IMG/VR virus record: IMGVR_UViG_3300022856_000003
DNA from: a virus
Direction: 5' to 3' (one strand)
DNA: 64,000 bases
This document shows positions 1 to 10,491 of the stretch, one piece after another. Under the pieces are notes generated by a model. That model was not told where the DNA came from. It did no database searches and saw only the letters and a list, made by a program, of their open reading frames with translations. Both the position numbers and the translations under genes were made by a program. How positions within the stretch are numbered: the first letter of the stretch is position 1; each line of letters opens with the position of its first letter.

Positions 1-724
1 ACATGGTCCAATGGCACGTCGATGCTGATGAGTACTTCGCCGAGGTCTTCAAGAACGCCCAGCGCCAGTTCGCCGCCTGATGGCAAACAAGATCTCATCG
101 ACCTACGCCGAAGCAATGGCACTTTGGTCGCGCATATGGTCGGATTTTCCACTAGGTGTCGGTGGCCGTGCGATTCTCCTGCTACTCGCTATTTGTTATG
201 CGGTATTGCTTTTGCGGTCTCTCCTATGAGTACTCGCGCCGCCCACGATCCTCGCGGTGAACCTGGGATCGCCTTCACAGGTGAAAACCGAGCCGTCGTT
301 TGGTTCGACGATGATGGGCACACCGCTTGGATCAAGGACAGTCACACCGGGTCCATCAGGTCTCAGTGGCGCAAGAAGGGCGATTGGGCCGCATGTATTG
401 AGCTTCCTGCGCCGACCGAAGACGAGTTCAGTCACGAGTGGGATACTGCAACGCCTCGCGACCCGACAGTCACGGCCCACTGCCCGTCGCGGTGCCGTGG
501 TTGTTGGGTGTGCCGATGAGTCAAAAAGCCACGGTATGGCTCATCATGACCGGCTGCGTCCACGAGGGTTGGTCGACGCACAACGTGAAGTTCGACAAGG
601 ATGCTGCTCGAAGCAGCTACGAGAATCTGGCAGGCAAGGAACCGACGACTGACCGCCGACTCGAAGGTTGGCAAGTACGCCATGGGATGAAGAGCCGTCT
701 CGTTCATGAAGAGCAGGAGGATCG

Positions 725-1300
725 ATGAGATTTCTACGACTAGGTCTACTGATTGAGCGCATCGGCAAGCTGATGCAGAACCTCTCTGCGGACGAGAAGC
801 TCGCCAACGCTCTGACCGCACAATCCGCCGACCACTGCACCGTGGGTGGTGAAGTCACGACTCGAGGTTTCATCGTTGAGATGGGGATGCGCGGATGGAC
901 TCCCGAGTACGTCGGCGAGATGGTCCACTTCCGTCGCAACGGTTGGACCCCTGATGGTCACCCACTCGATAAGGTTCCGTACCTCGACGACAAGGGTCGG
1001 CCCGTGGTCCCACATGAGTGCTGCGGCTGCATCTGCCAGGTGTGTGTCGAGGGTCACAACTCGTATGAAGACCTCGGGCACGACGCCCGATGTCTCGAGC
1101 ACGCCGACCAGCGACGCCAGACGATCACGGCCGAAGTGTCACCGCCATACTGGATTGAAGCTCCGTGTTGCGGATGCATCTGTCAGGTCTGCCAGGCTGT
1201 CCATAGCGGAAACACGAGGATCCACTCGCCCAGGTGTGTGGACCACCGAGCGAAATCGATTTCGCATGTCGACACACCCGCAACCTCCCTGGAGAAGTAG
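725..1300 (+). CDS. hypothetical protein with two tandem CCGCICQVC-H-H-RC-H putative metal-binding repeats
   Basis: Internal repeat HECCGCICQVC..H..RCLEH / APCCGCICQVC..H..RCVDH; ATGA overlap with upstream gene. Confidence 0.7.
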   Translation: MRFLRLGLLIERIGKLMQNLSADEKLANALTAQSADHCTVGGEVTTRGFIVEMGMRGWTPEYVGEMVHFRRNGWTPDGHPLDKVPYLDDKGRPVVPHECCGCICQVCVEGHNSYEDLGHDARCLEHADQRRQTITAEVSPPYWIEAPCCGCICQVCQAVHSGNTRIHSPRCVDHRAKSISHVDTPATSLEK

Positions 1301-1825
1301 ATGTCCCCTCTCGACCCGCCCAGCCTGTCTTCCGCCGAAGTCCGACTCATCAGCCGAGTCCGTCGGCTCAAGAGGCTGATGGAACTCGATGCACCCACCG
1401 TCATCCAGACCTCGGAGTCTGGGCTCGTCAGCATCGCGGTGGCCAACTGTGTCGAGGCCCCATCGCCGGGTGCGTTTCGGCTGTCGACCTACGACGAGTC
1501 TCGAGACAACCTGGGCCTCGCCCCTGCCGGTCCCGCGGTGAAGCGCGGTGAGACGACCATCACGATGGACGACCGGATGTTCGACTCGATGGTCGCCTGG
1601 AACTACCCGCTCGCCAAGTACGAGATCGTTCCCGACAACCTGATGAACAACGGGGACACCTGGACGATGGATGTGGTGGCCAACACGGGTGACGACATCG
1701 TCGAGTTCGACCGGTGGCAAGAAGGCGAGAAGGTGATGGGGATCGGCATCTACCAGATCTGCGCCGACCTCATCCGCATGGGCAAGATGCCTGCGGGCAA
1801 AGTCATCATCAACGCGAGCTGGTAG
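1301..1825 (+). CDS. hypothetical protein
   Basis: TAG-ATG junction with GGAG SD, typical codon usage. Confidence 0.7.
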   Translation: MSPLDPPSLSSAEVRLISRVRRLKRLMELDAPTVIQTSESGLVSIAVANCVEAPSPGAFRLSTYDESRDNLGLAPAGPAVKRGETTITMDDRMFDSMVAWNYPLAKYEIVPDNLMNNGDTWTMDVVANTGDDIVEFDRWQEGEKVMGIGIYQICADLIRMGKMPAGKVIINASW

Positions 1826-1829
1826 TCCG

Positions 1830-2294
1830 ATGTACGGATGTGTTGACCTCTGTTTTGGTGTGAAGCTCTACGGCATGGACACGATGCGAGAGTCCTTCGA
1901 CGTATCGAAGTGGAAAGACGCGATGATCGACATCGCGAAGTACGAGTTCGACGGAGTCGACACTCTCGAGACCGCTGAGTTCGGAAACCCTGACGAGTGG
2001 GACGACGACGGCATCAAGATGTTCGTCGAAAACTGGCTCGGTGAGTCTAACTACGTCGAGAGTCCCTACACGGGCTCCGGTACGCCGCCGATGTACATCG
2101 GCATCCAGATCGGTAGCTGGCCCTACTTCCATTCAGGAGGAGAAGACGGGTTCATCGCCGCTGCGCGGAATGACCGACCCCTGACCGACGAGGAGTCAGG
2201 TAGGTGGATGTCCAAAGTGCCCGCAGAGGTACGCGACATCCTCACCAGGCACGGACACATCCCAGGGTTCGTCTGGGGAGCCAGTACAAGCTGA
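1830..2294 (+). CDS. hypothetical protein
   Basis: Fits the tiled + strand gene array. Confidence 0.65.
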   Translation: MYGCVDLCFGVKLYGMDTMRESFDVSKWKDAMIDIAKYEFDGVDTLETAEFGNPDEWDDDGIKMFVENWLGESNYVESPYTGSGTPPMYIGIQIGSWPYFHSGGEDGFIAAARNDRPLTDEESGRWMSKVPAEVRDILTRHGHIPGFVWGASTS

Positions 2295-2632
2295 TGCTCG
2301 AACGACTCAAAGCCTACGCCGCCGACACGAAGCCGCTCCTGGAGCAGGTCATCGCCTTCCGCCAACAGACCCTTGGAGGGTGGAACGTCACCAACGGCTC
2401 TGTGCGAGTCTTCTTCAAGAAGGGTGACGTGAGTGTTATCTACAGCGAGCATGGGGTCGGATGGAGGCTCGAGTCTGTGCGGATGGTCGACGACGGACAT
2501 GTTCTATGGCGGATGAATGGAGACACGTTGAAGGTGACTTCGACGAGAAGTTCCAGGGTCGTTCCGCTCGGGGATGGGTTCGTTCGGTCCTGGCGTGACT
2601 GTGACGAAGTGTTCTACGAGTGACCCGATTGC

Positions 2633-2698
2633 TTGACATGCCTGCGATGTTCAACTAGAATGTGGTTGGAACGAAATCGATTGCGCCGAAGGTCGGCG
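2633..2698 (+). promoter_or_regulatory. sigma70-like promoter plus AAGGT-loop leader hairpin
   Basis: TTGACA-17-TAGAAT; CGCCG-AAGGT-CGGCG at 2684-2698; palindrome copy at 2672. Confidence 0.75.
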
Positions 2699-3181
2699 AG
2701 GAAGAATCCAGAATGATCAATCTCCACAACCTGTTCATCGCCCGTGACGGAATCGTAGCCGCTCTGGCCGAAGGTCTGTCTCCCGTGCAGGCTCTCAAGA
2801 AGGTCCGCGCGACGAAGGCTGGAAAGACCATCAGCGTGACGACCCTGATCCGCATGGCTCGGCGGCTCCAGGCATGAACCCTTCCCCCTCAATCGCTGAG
2901 TCTGCCGTCTCAATGGCGTGCCTGTTCAAGGCCGTTGGCGACCGAGAGCTTTCAATCACGAAGGCATCGGTCGCCACTGGTGGAACCAGCGCGATGGGAA
3001 AACCCTGGGCGAAACGCCATGTTGATCGGCTCGTCCGAGCAGGCATTCTGACCGTCCGTCAGAAGGGGAAGTGTCGCTGGGTTCGCCCCGCGAACCACGC
3101 CGAGTTCATGGAGTGGGCGAAGACGCAGGAGACGTATGAGTACACCGAGTCCATCGGCCAAAGCTGGGCGGAACACATCTC

Positions 3182-3775
3182 ATGAGCCGCCTCAAGACCA
3201 TCGTGGAGATCGAGAAGATCCTCCGCGACCATGTGACCAACGGGGAAGTGGACGCCGATGGCGATCCGAGGAACTATGGTCATCCGCTCCATGACAGTAA
3301 GGCCCGCTATGCGTGGCTCGTCGCTGCGGACGCCTTGAAGCCTCATCCGATCCCCGCTGCCATGCCGACCCGCGAGCGCATCAAGGAGCTGGAGGTCGTG
3401 TGGTGGCCTCTAACGATGGGGAAGACGAACAGGTCCGAGGATTGGACCGAGACCCTCCTAGCCGTTCTGACGGCAGAGGAGGCGGTCTGGGGCCTGCGTT
3501 TCGAGTCCTACCTCGATGTCTCAGGCTGGGACCGCTCCGATAGCGGTGACGTTGAGTACTCGCTCAACGCTGGGAATAGCGACAAGCACGATGAGGATCC
3601 TGTCGTCAGCCTCGTCATCAAGCGCGACATCTCATCCTGGGAGTGGTTCGTTCATTCCGACTCCTCATGGGGCGAGAAAATCGCTCAAGGCACCGGAAAC
3701 CTAGCCATCGAAGCCATCGTCGCGGGTCTCTGGGCCTTCCGAACCGCATGTGACGCACGAGGAGTGGAGCTGTGA
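3182..3775 (+). CDS. hypothetical protein
   Basis: Coupled ORF. Confidence 0.65.
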   Translation: MSRLKTIVEIEKILRDHVTNGEVDADGDPRNYGHPLHDSKARYAWLVAADALKPHPIPAAMPTRERIKELEVVWWPLTMGKTNRSEDWTETLLAVLTAEEAVWGLRFESYLDVSGWDRSDSGDVEYSLNAGNSDKHDEDPVVSLVIKRDISSWEWFVHSDSSWGEKIAQGTGNLAIEAIVAGLWAFRTACDARGVEL

Positions 3776-4416
3776 CACCGGACGAATACTACGCCCACGT
3801 CAGCCCGCCGCGTAAAGCCTTATCGAAGCTACTTAGTGGCCTCGCGCAGATCGTACTCGATGCGGGCTCTGGCAATTCCGTAGGCTGGCGAGGCGCAGTC
3901 CGCGCCATCAACTCGCTGCCGATGCTGGCGGAAGAGATCGAGATTGCCGAGAATCCGCCGTACAGCTACGAGACGAAGACGCCATGGGAGATGGGTCAGC
4001 TCGGTTGGCAGGTAGAGAACACCGTCAACTTGCTCGGGTGGGGTAAGTCCACTGGATGCTCGATTCGCATCCGCCGTTGGGACTGGCATGGCGACCATGG
4101 TGATGCCCACTTCCTGGTGAACTACACGACAGAAGACGGGTACCAGGACGCCTACGACCGATGCTGCCGTAAGGCGCTCCAGGCGTGGAAGGAGTATCGA
4201 AAGCCGGGATGCCCGCCCAATGGCATCGGCAAGGCATTGAAGCGAGACAAGCTCAAAGAGGGCATGCGCGACCGCCTCTTCGGCGACGACGACACGAAGG
4301 TCAACACCACCGTTGAGGTGCTGCTCGCGGAACTCGACAATGCGCTTGGCTTGCCGATGTTCGCCAACGAAGAAGACCCAGTCGAGAACGCTCTCGACAC
4401 GGTCCAGGAGGATTAG
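3772..4416 (+). CDS. hypothetical protein with acidic C-terminal tag
   Basis: Ends DPVENALDTVQED. Confidence 0.7.
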   Translation: MTPDEYYAHVSPPRKALSKLLSGLAQIVLDAGSGNSVGWRGAVRAINSLPMLAEEIEIAENPPYSYETKTPWEMGQLGWQVENTVNLLGWGKSTGCSIRIRRWDWHGDHGDAHFLVNYTTEDGYQDAYDRCCRKALQAWKEYRKPGCPPNGIGKALKRDKLKEGMRDRLFGDDDTKVNTTVEVLLAELDNALGLPMFANEEDPVENALDTVQED

Positions 4417-4620
4417 ATGTCGATGAAGCTAAATCAGGAGCAGACGAACTTTCTCCTCAGCCTCCTGCATGACGAGTGGCAGAACGCGGACGAAGAAGAT
4501 CTTGCCGACCTCGAGCTGATCGAGGCGACCGTGCGGGCTTCCATCGCAGAGGCTCATGGTCTCCCGTCCGACTCCGGTTCGCTTTGCATCCTCAACATCA
4601 CGCCGTCGAAGGAGACCTAG

Positions 4621-4941
4621 ATGGAACCGACCGCATCAGAAGTACTCGCTGACGTGATAGCGAAGGCTGTAGTCAAGAAGATGAGAGGGACCTCCTCGGT
4701 CCTCTCCTCCATCCTTGCCTTCCTGCTGGTCGGATTGCCTATCGCATCCATCATCTACGCCGCCGAGAAGTCGCAGAACAAGCCGTCCGACGAAGGTCCT
4801 TGGTCGCTCGTACAACCCGCTCAGCACATGAGCGACAATCAACAGATCCCCGCCATCTACACGGCAGAGATCGACGGTCGACGCTGTCTCGTACTCATGG
4901 GAGTACTGGCCGATAGCCTCGACTGCGAGGAGAGAGACTGA
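4621..4941 (+). CDS. hypothetical membrane protein
   Basis: Hydrophobic stretch VLSSILAFLLVGLPIASIIY. Confidence 0.6.
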   Translation: MEPTASEVLADVIAKAVVKKMRGTSSVLSSILAFLLVGLPIASIIYAAEKSQNKPSDEGPWSLVQPAQHMSDNQQIPAIYTAEIDGRRCLVLMGVLADSLDCEERD

Positions 4942-5567
4942 TGGGTAATATCGGCGGCCTGATGAGGCGAGGTGCCTTGTCCATCGACACTGTTCGACCA
5001 GTGGCTCGACAAGTCTGTCTGGACCTGTTCCCGACACTCATCAAGGTGGTCGATGCCGAACACGGTGTTCTCTTCGAGTGGGTCCACGAAGATGACCGCG
5101 CCGCCGCCTACCAGGGCGAAGCCTTCTGCTGGTACCAGTACAACCGCTCGAAGGTCGGTGGAAAGCCCATCCGATGGGGTGAGTTCGGCTGGTGGCTACG
5201 AGGCCGGATCGAGGCCCACACTGCCGACCGACTCAGCGGAGTCGTAAAGCACTGGGACGAAGGTGTCGGTGAAACCTGGCTACCAGACCTCGAGAAGCAC
5301 AAGACCCCCTGGGAATACCAGCGTGGGTACCTGAGCAACTCGACCTCGGTGTGGGCTGACTGCGCGTTAGTTCTCGCTGCCTTCTCGGGATACAAGAAGT
5401 TGCCTGCGGGACTCGATCAGAAGTACATCGACGACTACCCCGAATGGGTCCAGATCGCCTCATGCCCCGCCCCAAAACAGCCGCCGATGTGGTGGAAGTT
5501 GCTCACGGGCAAGTTGAAGCCGAAGACCGAAGTCGACGAAGTACTCGACATCATTGGAGAAGACTGA
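4941..5567 (+). CDS. hypothetical protein with acidic C-terminal tag
   Basis: Ends KTEVDEVLDIIGED. Confidence 0.7.
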   Translation: MGNIGGLMRRGALSIDTVRPVARQVCLDLFPTLIKVVDAEHGVLFEWVHEDDRAAAYQGEAFCWYQYNRSKVGGKPIRWGEFGWWLRGRIEAHTADRLSGVVKHWDEGVGETWLPDLEKHKTPWEYQRGYLSNSTSVWADCALVLAAFSGYKKLPAGLDQKYIDDYPEWVQIASCPAPKQPPMWWKLLTGKLKPKTEVDEVLDIIGED

Positions 5568-5791
5568 TGGCCACCGCCGAAGACCTGACCGAGACCGAAC
5601 CGACCAGCCAGTGCGCCATTTGCAAGTCCACCGACGTTGAAGTGCGCCGATCCGACTGGTTCAAGGTCAACGGGAAGAAGGAATGCACCTACGGTGACCC
5701 TGACTCCTCGGACATCGAGTACCACTGCCAGGACTGCGATCACAACGAGATCGAGCCCTACGTCGCCAAGAAGGAGGCCACCGATGGCTGA
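5567..5791 (+). CDS. small Zn-ribbon protein
   Basis: CAIC...CQDC; TGATG coupling. Confidence 0.6.
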   Translation: MATAEDLTETEPTSQCAICKSTDVEVRRSDWFKVNGKKECTYGDPDSSDIEYHCQDCDHNEIEPYVAKKEATDG

Positions 5792-6151
5792 CCAGCCAGA
5801 GTGGATTGAGGTCAAGCTCATCCTCCGCTATCGACCCAGCGTTCTGACTCCTGGAGGAGAAAGTCGCAACGAGCCCTCCGACGAAGACGAGCTGATCGAG
5901 GAGATCGATCGGGCGATGAACTCCTCCCACTTCGGTGGTCAGATTGAGGTTCGCCGCGACCCTCGTCACGACTGGACTCCCGGAATGCACGCACAACGCG
6001 CCCACTGGGACGCGATGACCTCGGGTGAGATTCCTCGACCCAAGTGCGTCCAGTGTGGCGAGACCGTTGAGGTTGAGCGCATCGTCTACGCGAGCCCGAC
6101 TTGCTACGCATGCCTGCCACCACCACGGCTGACCAAAGAGAAGGAAGACAA

Positions 6152-6508
6152 ATGAAGGACTTCGTCGGAAGAGAGATTCAGCCACAGGACTTCCTCGTCA
6201 AAGGAGGCAAGGGAAACGGCGCAGGCGAGTACGGAATGATCCTTCACCGGGCACTCACCCTCGCGGACGGTAGTGTTCGCACCGCCAGGCTCAGCATCAA
6301 GTACGACCACTCCACGGGGGTCTCGGTATCCACGGTCAGAATCAAGCAGACGACCATCTCAAATCTGAACACCGTCATGGTGGTGACCCCTCCCAAGCAC
6401 GTAGTGGAGCTGTTCGAGCGAGCTGAGGCTAAGACCCTCACCGACGCCGACAAGGACACCATCGGCAACTGGCTTCACGGGTCGTCGCACCAGAAGCCCT
6501 GGGGCTGA
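6152..6508 (+). CDS. hypothetical phage protein
   Basis: MKDFVGREIQPQDF start after AAGGA SD. Confidence 0.6.
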   Translation: MKDFVGREIQPQDFLVKGGKGNGAGEYGMILHRALTLADGSVRTARLSIKYDHSTGVSVSTVRIKQTTISNLNTVMVVTPPKHVVELFERAEAKTLTDADKDTIGNWLHGSSHQKPWG

Positions 6509-6510
6509 CA

Positions 6511-6813
6511 ATGACCGTCGAACTGAGCAAAGAAGACTTCAACATGCTCATCGTCGGCGCAGTCCGCTACGCCATCGGACGACAGACCTACGTCGTCCAG
6601 GAGACAGTGGATCTGGTGCTACGACACAGAGATTCCATCACCAGGGGCCGCTGCCAGATCATCGTGAGGTCCATCCGCGAGGAGGAGAAACGGAGCCGTC
6701 TAGGAGGAAGACCCGACACGTACCGGTGGACCCGTCTCGCCGAGGCACTCGAGCAGCCACCAAGACCGTCGGACCCTGTCGAAGCCGCGCTGGATGACAT
6801 CGCGTTCTCTTGA
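6511..6813 (+). CDS. hypothetical phage protein with acidic C-terminal tag
   Basis: AVRYAIGRQTY motif; ends PPRPSDPVEAALDDIAFS. Confidence 0.7.
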   Translation: MTVELSKEDFNMLIVGAVRYAIGRQTYVVQETVDLVLRHRDSITRGRCQIIVRSIREEEKRSRLGGRPDTYRWTRLAEALEQPPRPSDPVEAALDDIAFS

Positions 6814-6838
6814 CAACGGTAACCACTTCGACTAGAGT
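6810..6838 (+). promoter_or_regulatory. sigma70-like promoter
   Basis: TTGACA-17-TAGAGT; the -35 overlaps the TGA stop of the upstream gene. Confidence 0.65.
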
Positions 6839-6990
6839 AGAAATATGCCGCGTGAAAGCTCCAACGTCCGAATCGCCAACGCAATCAAGCTCCTGGACGA
6901 CTTCGCCACCGAGGCGTCTTCCACTGATCAGGAGCCCGAGCAAGATGAGTGGTGGGATCTCCTGTACGCCGTCCTCAAGGCGCTGAGAGG

Positions 6991-7428
6991 ATGAGCTACC
7001 ACGTCGAGGAACTCGAGAAGTTCAGCAAGGCCCGAAAGACCGATCAGGACGCTCGATTCCAGATGGGCCGTAAGTACCAGCTCCTCACGCCGCGAGTGCA
7101 GGAGGTCGTGGCGATCTGCCGTGGCATGACAGATCGTCCTCCGAGGGACACTCGGTTCAAGCTCTGGCGCGTCAAGAAGATGGGCTCCGTCATCGAGGTG
7201 CTTCACGAGAGATACTACGGAGAGGGGGTCTACGGTGTGTGCTCGCGTATCCAGTTCCCCGCCTCCTGGCTCGACATGCCAAGGGATGAGATCAAGGCTG
7301 AGATGACTCTCACGCAGCAGAAGATCACCGACTTCGATGACGGTCAGGAAGGCTACCCAGCCGTCCCAGGGCCTCCGCAACCAGATACCGACCCGGTCGA
7401 GGACTTCCTCGACGACCTGATGGAATAG
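6991..7428 (+). CDS. hypothetical protein with acidic C-terminal tag
   Basis: Ends PGPPQPDTDPVEDFLDDLME. Confidence 0.7.
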   Translation: MSYHVEELEKFSKARKTDQDARFQMGRKYQLLTPRVQEVVAICRGMTDRPPRDTRFKLWRVKKMGSVIEVLHERYYGEGVYGVCSRIQFPASWLDMPRDEIKAEMTLTQQKITDFDDGQEGYPAVPGPPQPDTDPVEDFLDDLME

Positions 7429-7731
7429 ACATGGTTGGACCAAAAGAGCGGTACTCGAAGCCCATCACGATCTGGTGAGCCGTGGTCGTAGGGTATGGCC
7501 CGAAAGGGACGTGCCCGACCGGCAGGTTGCCGGTATTCAGTGTCGAGACCGAAGAGGAAGCTGAGGCGTTGATCCAGCTCGCCTGTTCGACGAACTACGA
7601 AGGCGAGTACATCGCGAAGGAACTGGCGGAAGAGCAGACCATGGAGAACCTCCAGGCATTCAGCGACCGACTTGCCGACATCCACGAGAGGTTCTTCGCT
7701 CCACGGTGCCCCGCGAAATCGATTTCACCGG

Positions 7732-8118
7732 ATGAGTAGGACCTGCCAGAGGTGTGGCGACACAGATCCGCCGTCCATCAACACGGTCTGTCAGAACTGC
7801 GGGGCTCTCATCCGTGGAAACAGAGTCCGCAATTTTCGATACGTCGTGAGCCAGCAAGGGAGCCACTGGGTCGCCCGCGTGTTCTCCGGGTACAGAGGGG
7901 AAACCTTCGCCGCCCTGGGTGCGCTTACGATGGACAAGACTGACGTGGAGGATCTTCACGAGATAGCCAACTACACGCCGTTCATTGAGGTCCAGTTCGC
8001 CATAGCTGCGGAGAGGCAACTTGTTAAGATCAGGTACGACAGGGCTGGCCCAAAGAAGTCCCCTGACTCTTCGATAGAGGCCGAACCTAGTCTCCTCGAC
8101 ATCATCCAGGACACGTAG
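7732..8118 (+). CDS. Zn-ribbon protein with acidic C-terminal tag
   Basis: CQRC..CQNC; ends EPSLLDIIQDT. Confidence 0.65.
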   Translation: MSRTCQRCGDTDPPSINTVCQNCGALIRGNRVRNFRYVVSQQGSHWVARVFSGYRGETFAALGALTMDKTDVEDLHEIANYTPFIEVQFAIAAERQLVKIRYDRAGPKKSPDSSIEAEPSLLDIIQDT

Positions 8119-8166
8119 GCGGCCCGTTGTGCTACTATGCGCTTGTTCAACCGATGTTGAGGTGAA

Positions 8167-8673
8167 ATGAGCACAGACCCACGACCATCCTGGCTACTCG
8201 ACGCAAAGCTCAAGGTAGAGCTGGTGCCGCAGACATCCTGGGGCAACAACCTCCGATCCCTCCTGCGTCGAAAGGACTGGGATAACCTGCGCCGAGAGGC
8301 GTACATGAAGGCTGGTCACGTCTGCGAGATCTGCGGAGGCAAGGGTCGAAAGCACCCCGTCGAATGCCACGAGATCTGGGAGTACGACGACGATGCGAAG
8401 ATCCAGAAGCTCACTGGGCTCATCGCTCTCTGTCCCGCGTGTCACCGCTGCAAGCACCCCGGTATGGCCGCAAGGATCGGCCTGATCGCCAACGTGTTCG
8501 CTCAGCTCGAGAAAGTGAATGGATGGACCTGGGACCAGGCCCGCGTGAGTCTCGAGCTTGCCTTTGAACTTCACCGACTCCGCTCGACCGTCCCCTGGAC
8601 CGTCGACACGGACTGGCTCGGACTCGACGAGCAAGGTGTGACCTTGCTTCGCATGGGGACTTCCGGTGAGTGA
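8167..8673 (+). CDS. HNH endonuclease family protein
   Basis: CEICG...ECHEIWEY...LIALCPACHRCKH (beta-beta-alpha-Me / Zn pattern). Confidence 0.8.
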   Translation: MSTDPRPSWLLDAKLKVELVPQTSWGNNLRSLLRRKDWDNLRREAYMKAGHVCEICGGKGRKHPVECHEIWEYDDDAKIQKLTGLIALCPACHRCKHPGMAARIGLIANVFAQLEKVNGWTWDQARVSLELAFELHRLRSTVPWTVDTDWLGLDEQGVTLLRMGTSGE

Positions 8674-9742
8674 TCGTTCCCAAGGCGAGTTCTGGGTCCA
8701 CCGGAAGTACGCCGAACTCGTCAGCTACATGGTCGACTGCGGCGGATGCGAAGCCGAGAGCGAGGAGGAATGGCGTCTCCTGGTGTTCGAGCCCGCCTAC
8801 GGCCAGTTACACGGGGATGCCAACGACGTAGAAGATACCACCGTTGTCCACATCACCCAGGGAGAGATGGCCGGAGGTGGCTACTCGGTCTCCGAGAGCA
8901 TGGCTGGTCTAGGCATCCCGTTCCAGCACTACGGGAGCCGCCACTACATGTGGGCTGAGTACCGTAGTTGCTCTCTCGGCAAGCCAGGAGACTGGGGAAA
9001 CTACGACTACGAGGGCGGGTACTGCCTGGAGTTCGGCAACGACTCAAAGCCTATCCCTAAGCATGTGGAGGTCATTGGGGCCTTTCATCACAGATGGCTC
9101 AAGATCGGACGCATCAACCTGGGGGCTTACCCCTATGTCCCGAAAGACGGCAGCGTGGGTGCGTGGTGGTTGAAGTACGTGGTTGAGAGGAAGGTCGAGG
9201 AGGCTGAGGCGGCTGAGAACAGTGTCGTCAAGGACATGTCGACTCAGATGGCTCAAGAGATCGACGCCGACATCATCAAGACGTTGAACGCTGGTTTCCA
9301 GAAAACAACGTCCGCGCTCGATGACGCGCAAGAGAAGCTCAAGCAGTTGAAGCTCAAGAAGGACCTCCTTGCATGGTCGGCGAAGAAGAAGGCCGCGAAG
9401 AAGAAGGCTAAGCTCGAGAAGCTCAAGGCGAAGAAGAAGCTCGTTGAGAAGGTCGTTGAGACGGCCATGGTCCAGAGCATGAAGAAGGACTTCAATATCG
9501 ACTACTTCTGCGCTTCCTGTGAGGATCTCGGTTGCTTCCAGTGCGCGGAGAGTGAGCCTGAATCTTCCTGTACCGAATGCGACGGATCGGGTTGCTACGA
9601 ATGTGAGGATGTCGTCGGGAAGTTCTTGCCGGATGCTGAGAACGGCACGGTCTGTAAGAAGCATGGCCTCTACGCCTGCTTTTCATGTGTTCCTGGCGCA
9701 GTCGAGCCTGATGTTCTGGACATCATCTACAACACGGACTGA
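8666..9742 (+). CDS. multidomain hypothetical protein (Lys-rich coiled coil, three CxxC..CxxC units, acidic tag)
   Basis: AKKKAAKKKAK; CASC..CFQC, CTEC..CYEC, CKKH..CFSC; ends EPDVLDIIYNTD. Confidence 0.7.
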   Translation: MSDRSQGEFWVHRKYAELVSYMVDCGGCEAESEEEWRLLVFEPAYGQLHGDANDVEDTTVVHITQGEMAGGGYSVSESMAGLGIPFQHYGSRHYMWAEYRSCSLGKPGDWGNYDYEGGYCLEFGNDSKPIPKHVEVIGAFHHRWLKIGRINLGAYPYVPKDGSVGAWWLKYVVERKVEEAEAAENSVVKDMSTQMAQEIDADIIKTLNAGFQKTTSALDDAQEKLKQLKLKKDLLAWSAKKKAAKKKAKLEKLKAKKKLVEKVVETAMVQSMKKDFNIDYFCASCEDLGCFQCAESEPESSCTECDGSGCYECEDVVGKFLPDAENGTVCKKHGLYACFSCVPGAVEPDVLDIIYNTD

Positions 9743-9768
9743 AATCGATTTCGCAGGACGCCGTCGCG

Positions 9769-9832
9769 TTGCTACGCGCGACCCGTTGTGATACTCTATC
9801 GATGTTCAAACGAATGCCCGTCAAGGTGACGG
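9769..9832 (+). promoter_or_regulatory. extended -10 promoter plus AAGGT-loop hairpin
   Basis: TTGCTA-17-TACTCT with TGn; TGTTCA at 9803; CCGTC-AAGGT-GACGG at 9818-9832. Confidence 0.7.
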
Positions 9833-9844
9833 TGGAGGTGAACA

Positions 9845-10063
9845 GTGGCTTCTCGACGATCTCAATGGAACAACGGAGCTAAGCGGTGCGTACAACGTCA
9901 CCGTGGAGTTCAGACCCAATCAAACCTTGACGGTAAGAAGGCTCAAGAACGCCTTCAAGAGCGTCAAGTCCGTGCCGCTGCTCGTCGTGAAATCCGACGT
10001 GAGCGATGGTTTCAAGATCTCCTTGAGAGCTTCGAGCGTGAGAGCTTTGGACGACGCTGGTGA
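9845..10063 (+). CDS. small Arg-rich protein
   Basis: GGAGGTG SD; RAAARREIRRE. Confidence 0.6.
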   Translation: MASRRSQWNNGAKRCVQRHRGVQTQSNLDGKKAQERLQERQVRAAARREIRRERWFQDLLESFERESFGRRW

Positions 10064-10491
10064 GTCAGGCCGACATTCTCAAGAAGCCCTGCCCAGGGTG
10101 CCCTTTCTCTCGAAAGACGGATCCGAAGTACCTCAAGTCTCGAGGCGAAGACGTGCGCCGATTCATCGGACAGTCCGTCGGCCCATTCTTGCTCCCGTGT
10201 CACACGTTCGCGGACAAGGAAGACTGGCCTCTCGACGTGGAGCGGCCACAGTGCGTGGGTGCTGCAATGCACCGAGACCTCATCGGCGTTGCGGACAGTC
10301 TCCCAGAACAGCTCACCAGAGCCACAGGTGACGCTGAGGAGGTCTTTGAGTCCTCTGCCGCGTACATGGCCTATCACGATGGCTGCACCGTCGAGGAGGC
10401 CGTAGAGAAGCTCGACAACTATCCTGTGAATCGTCTCTTCTACGACGAGATCGCTCGTTGTCATCGATCAGGACGAAAGGTGAAGGCATGA
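10060..10491 (+). CDS. Cys-rich phage protein (DUF6283-like)
   Basis: KPCPGCPF...PCH...QCVGA pattern. Confidence 0.55.
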   Translation: MSQADILKKPCPGCPFSRKTDPKYLKSRGEDVRRFIGQSVGPFLLPCHTFADKEDWPLDVERPQCVGAAMHRDLIGVADSLPEQLTRATGDAEEVFESSAAYMAYHDGCTVEEAVEKLDNYPVNRLFYDEIARCHRSGRKVKA

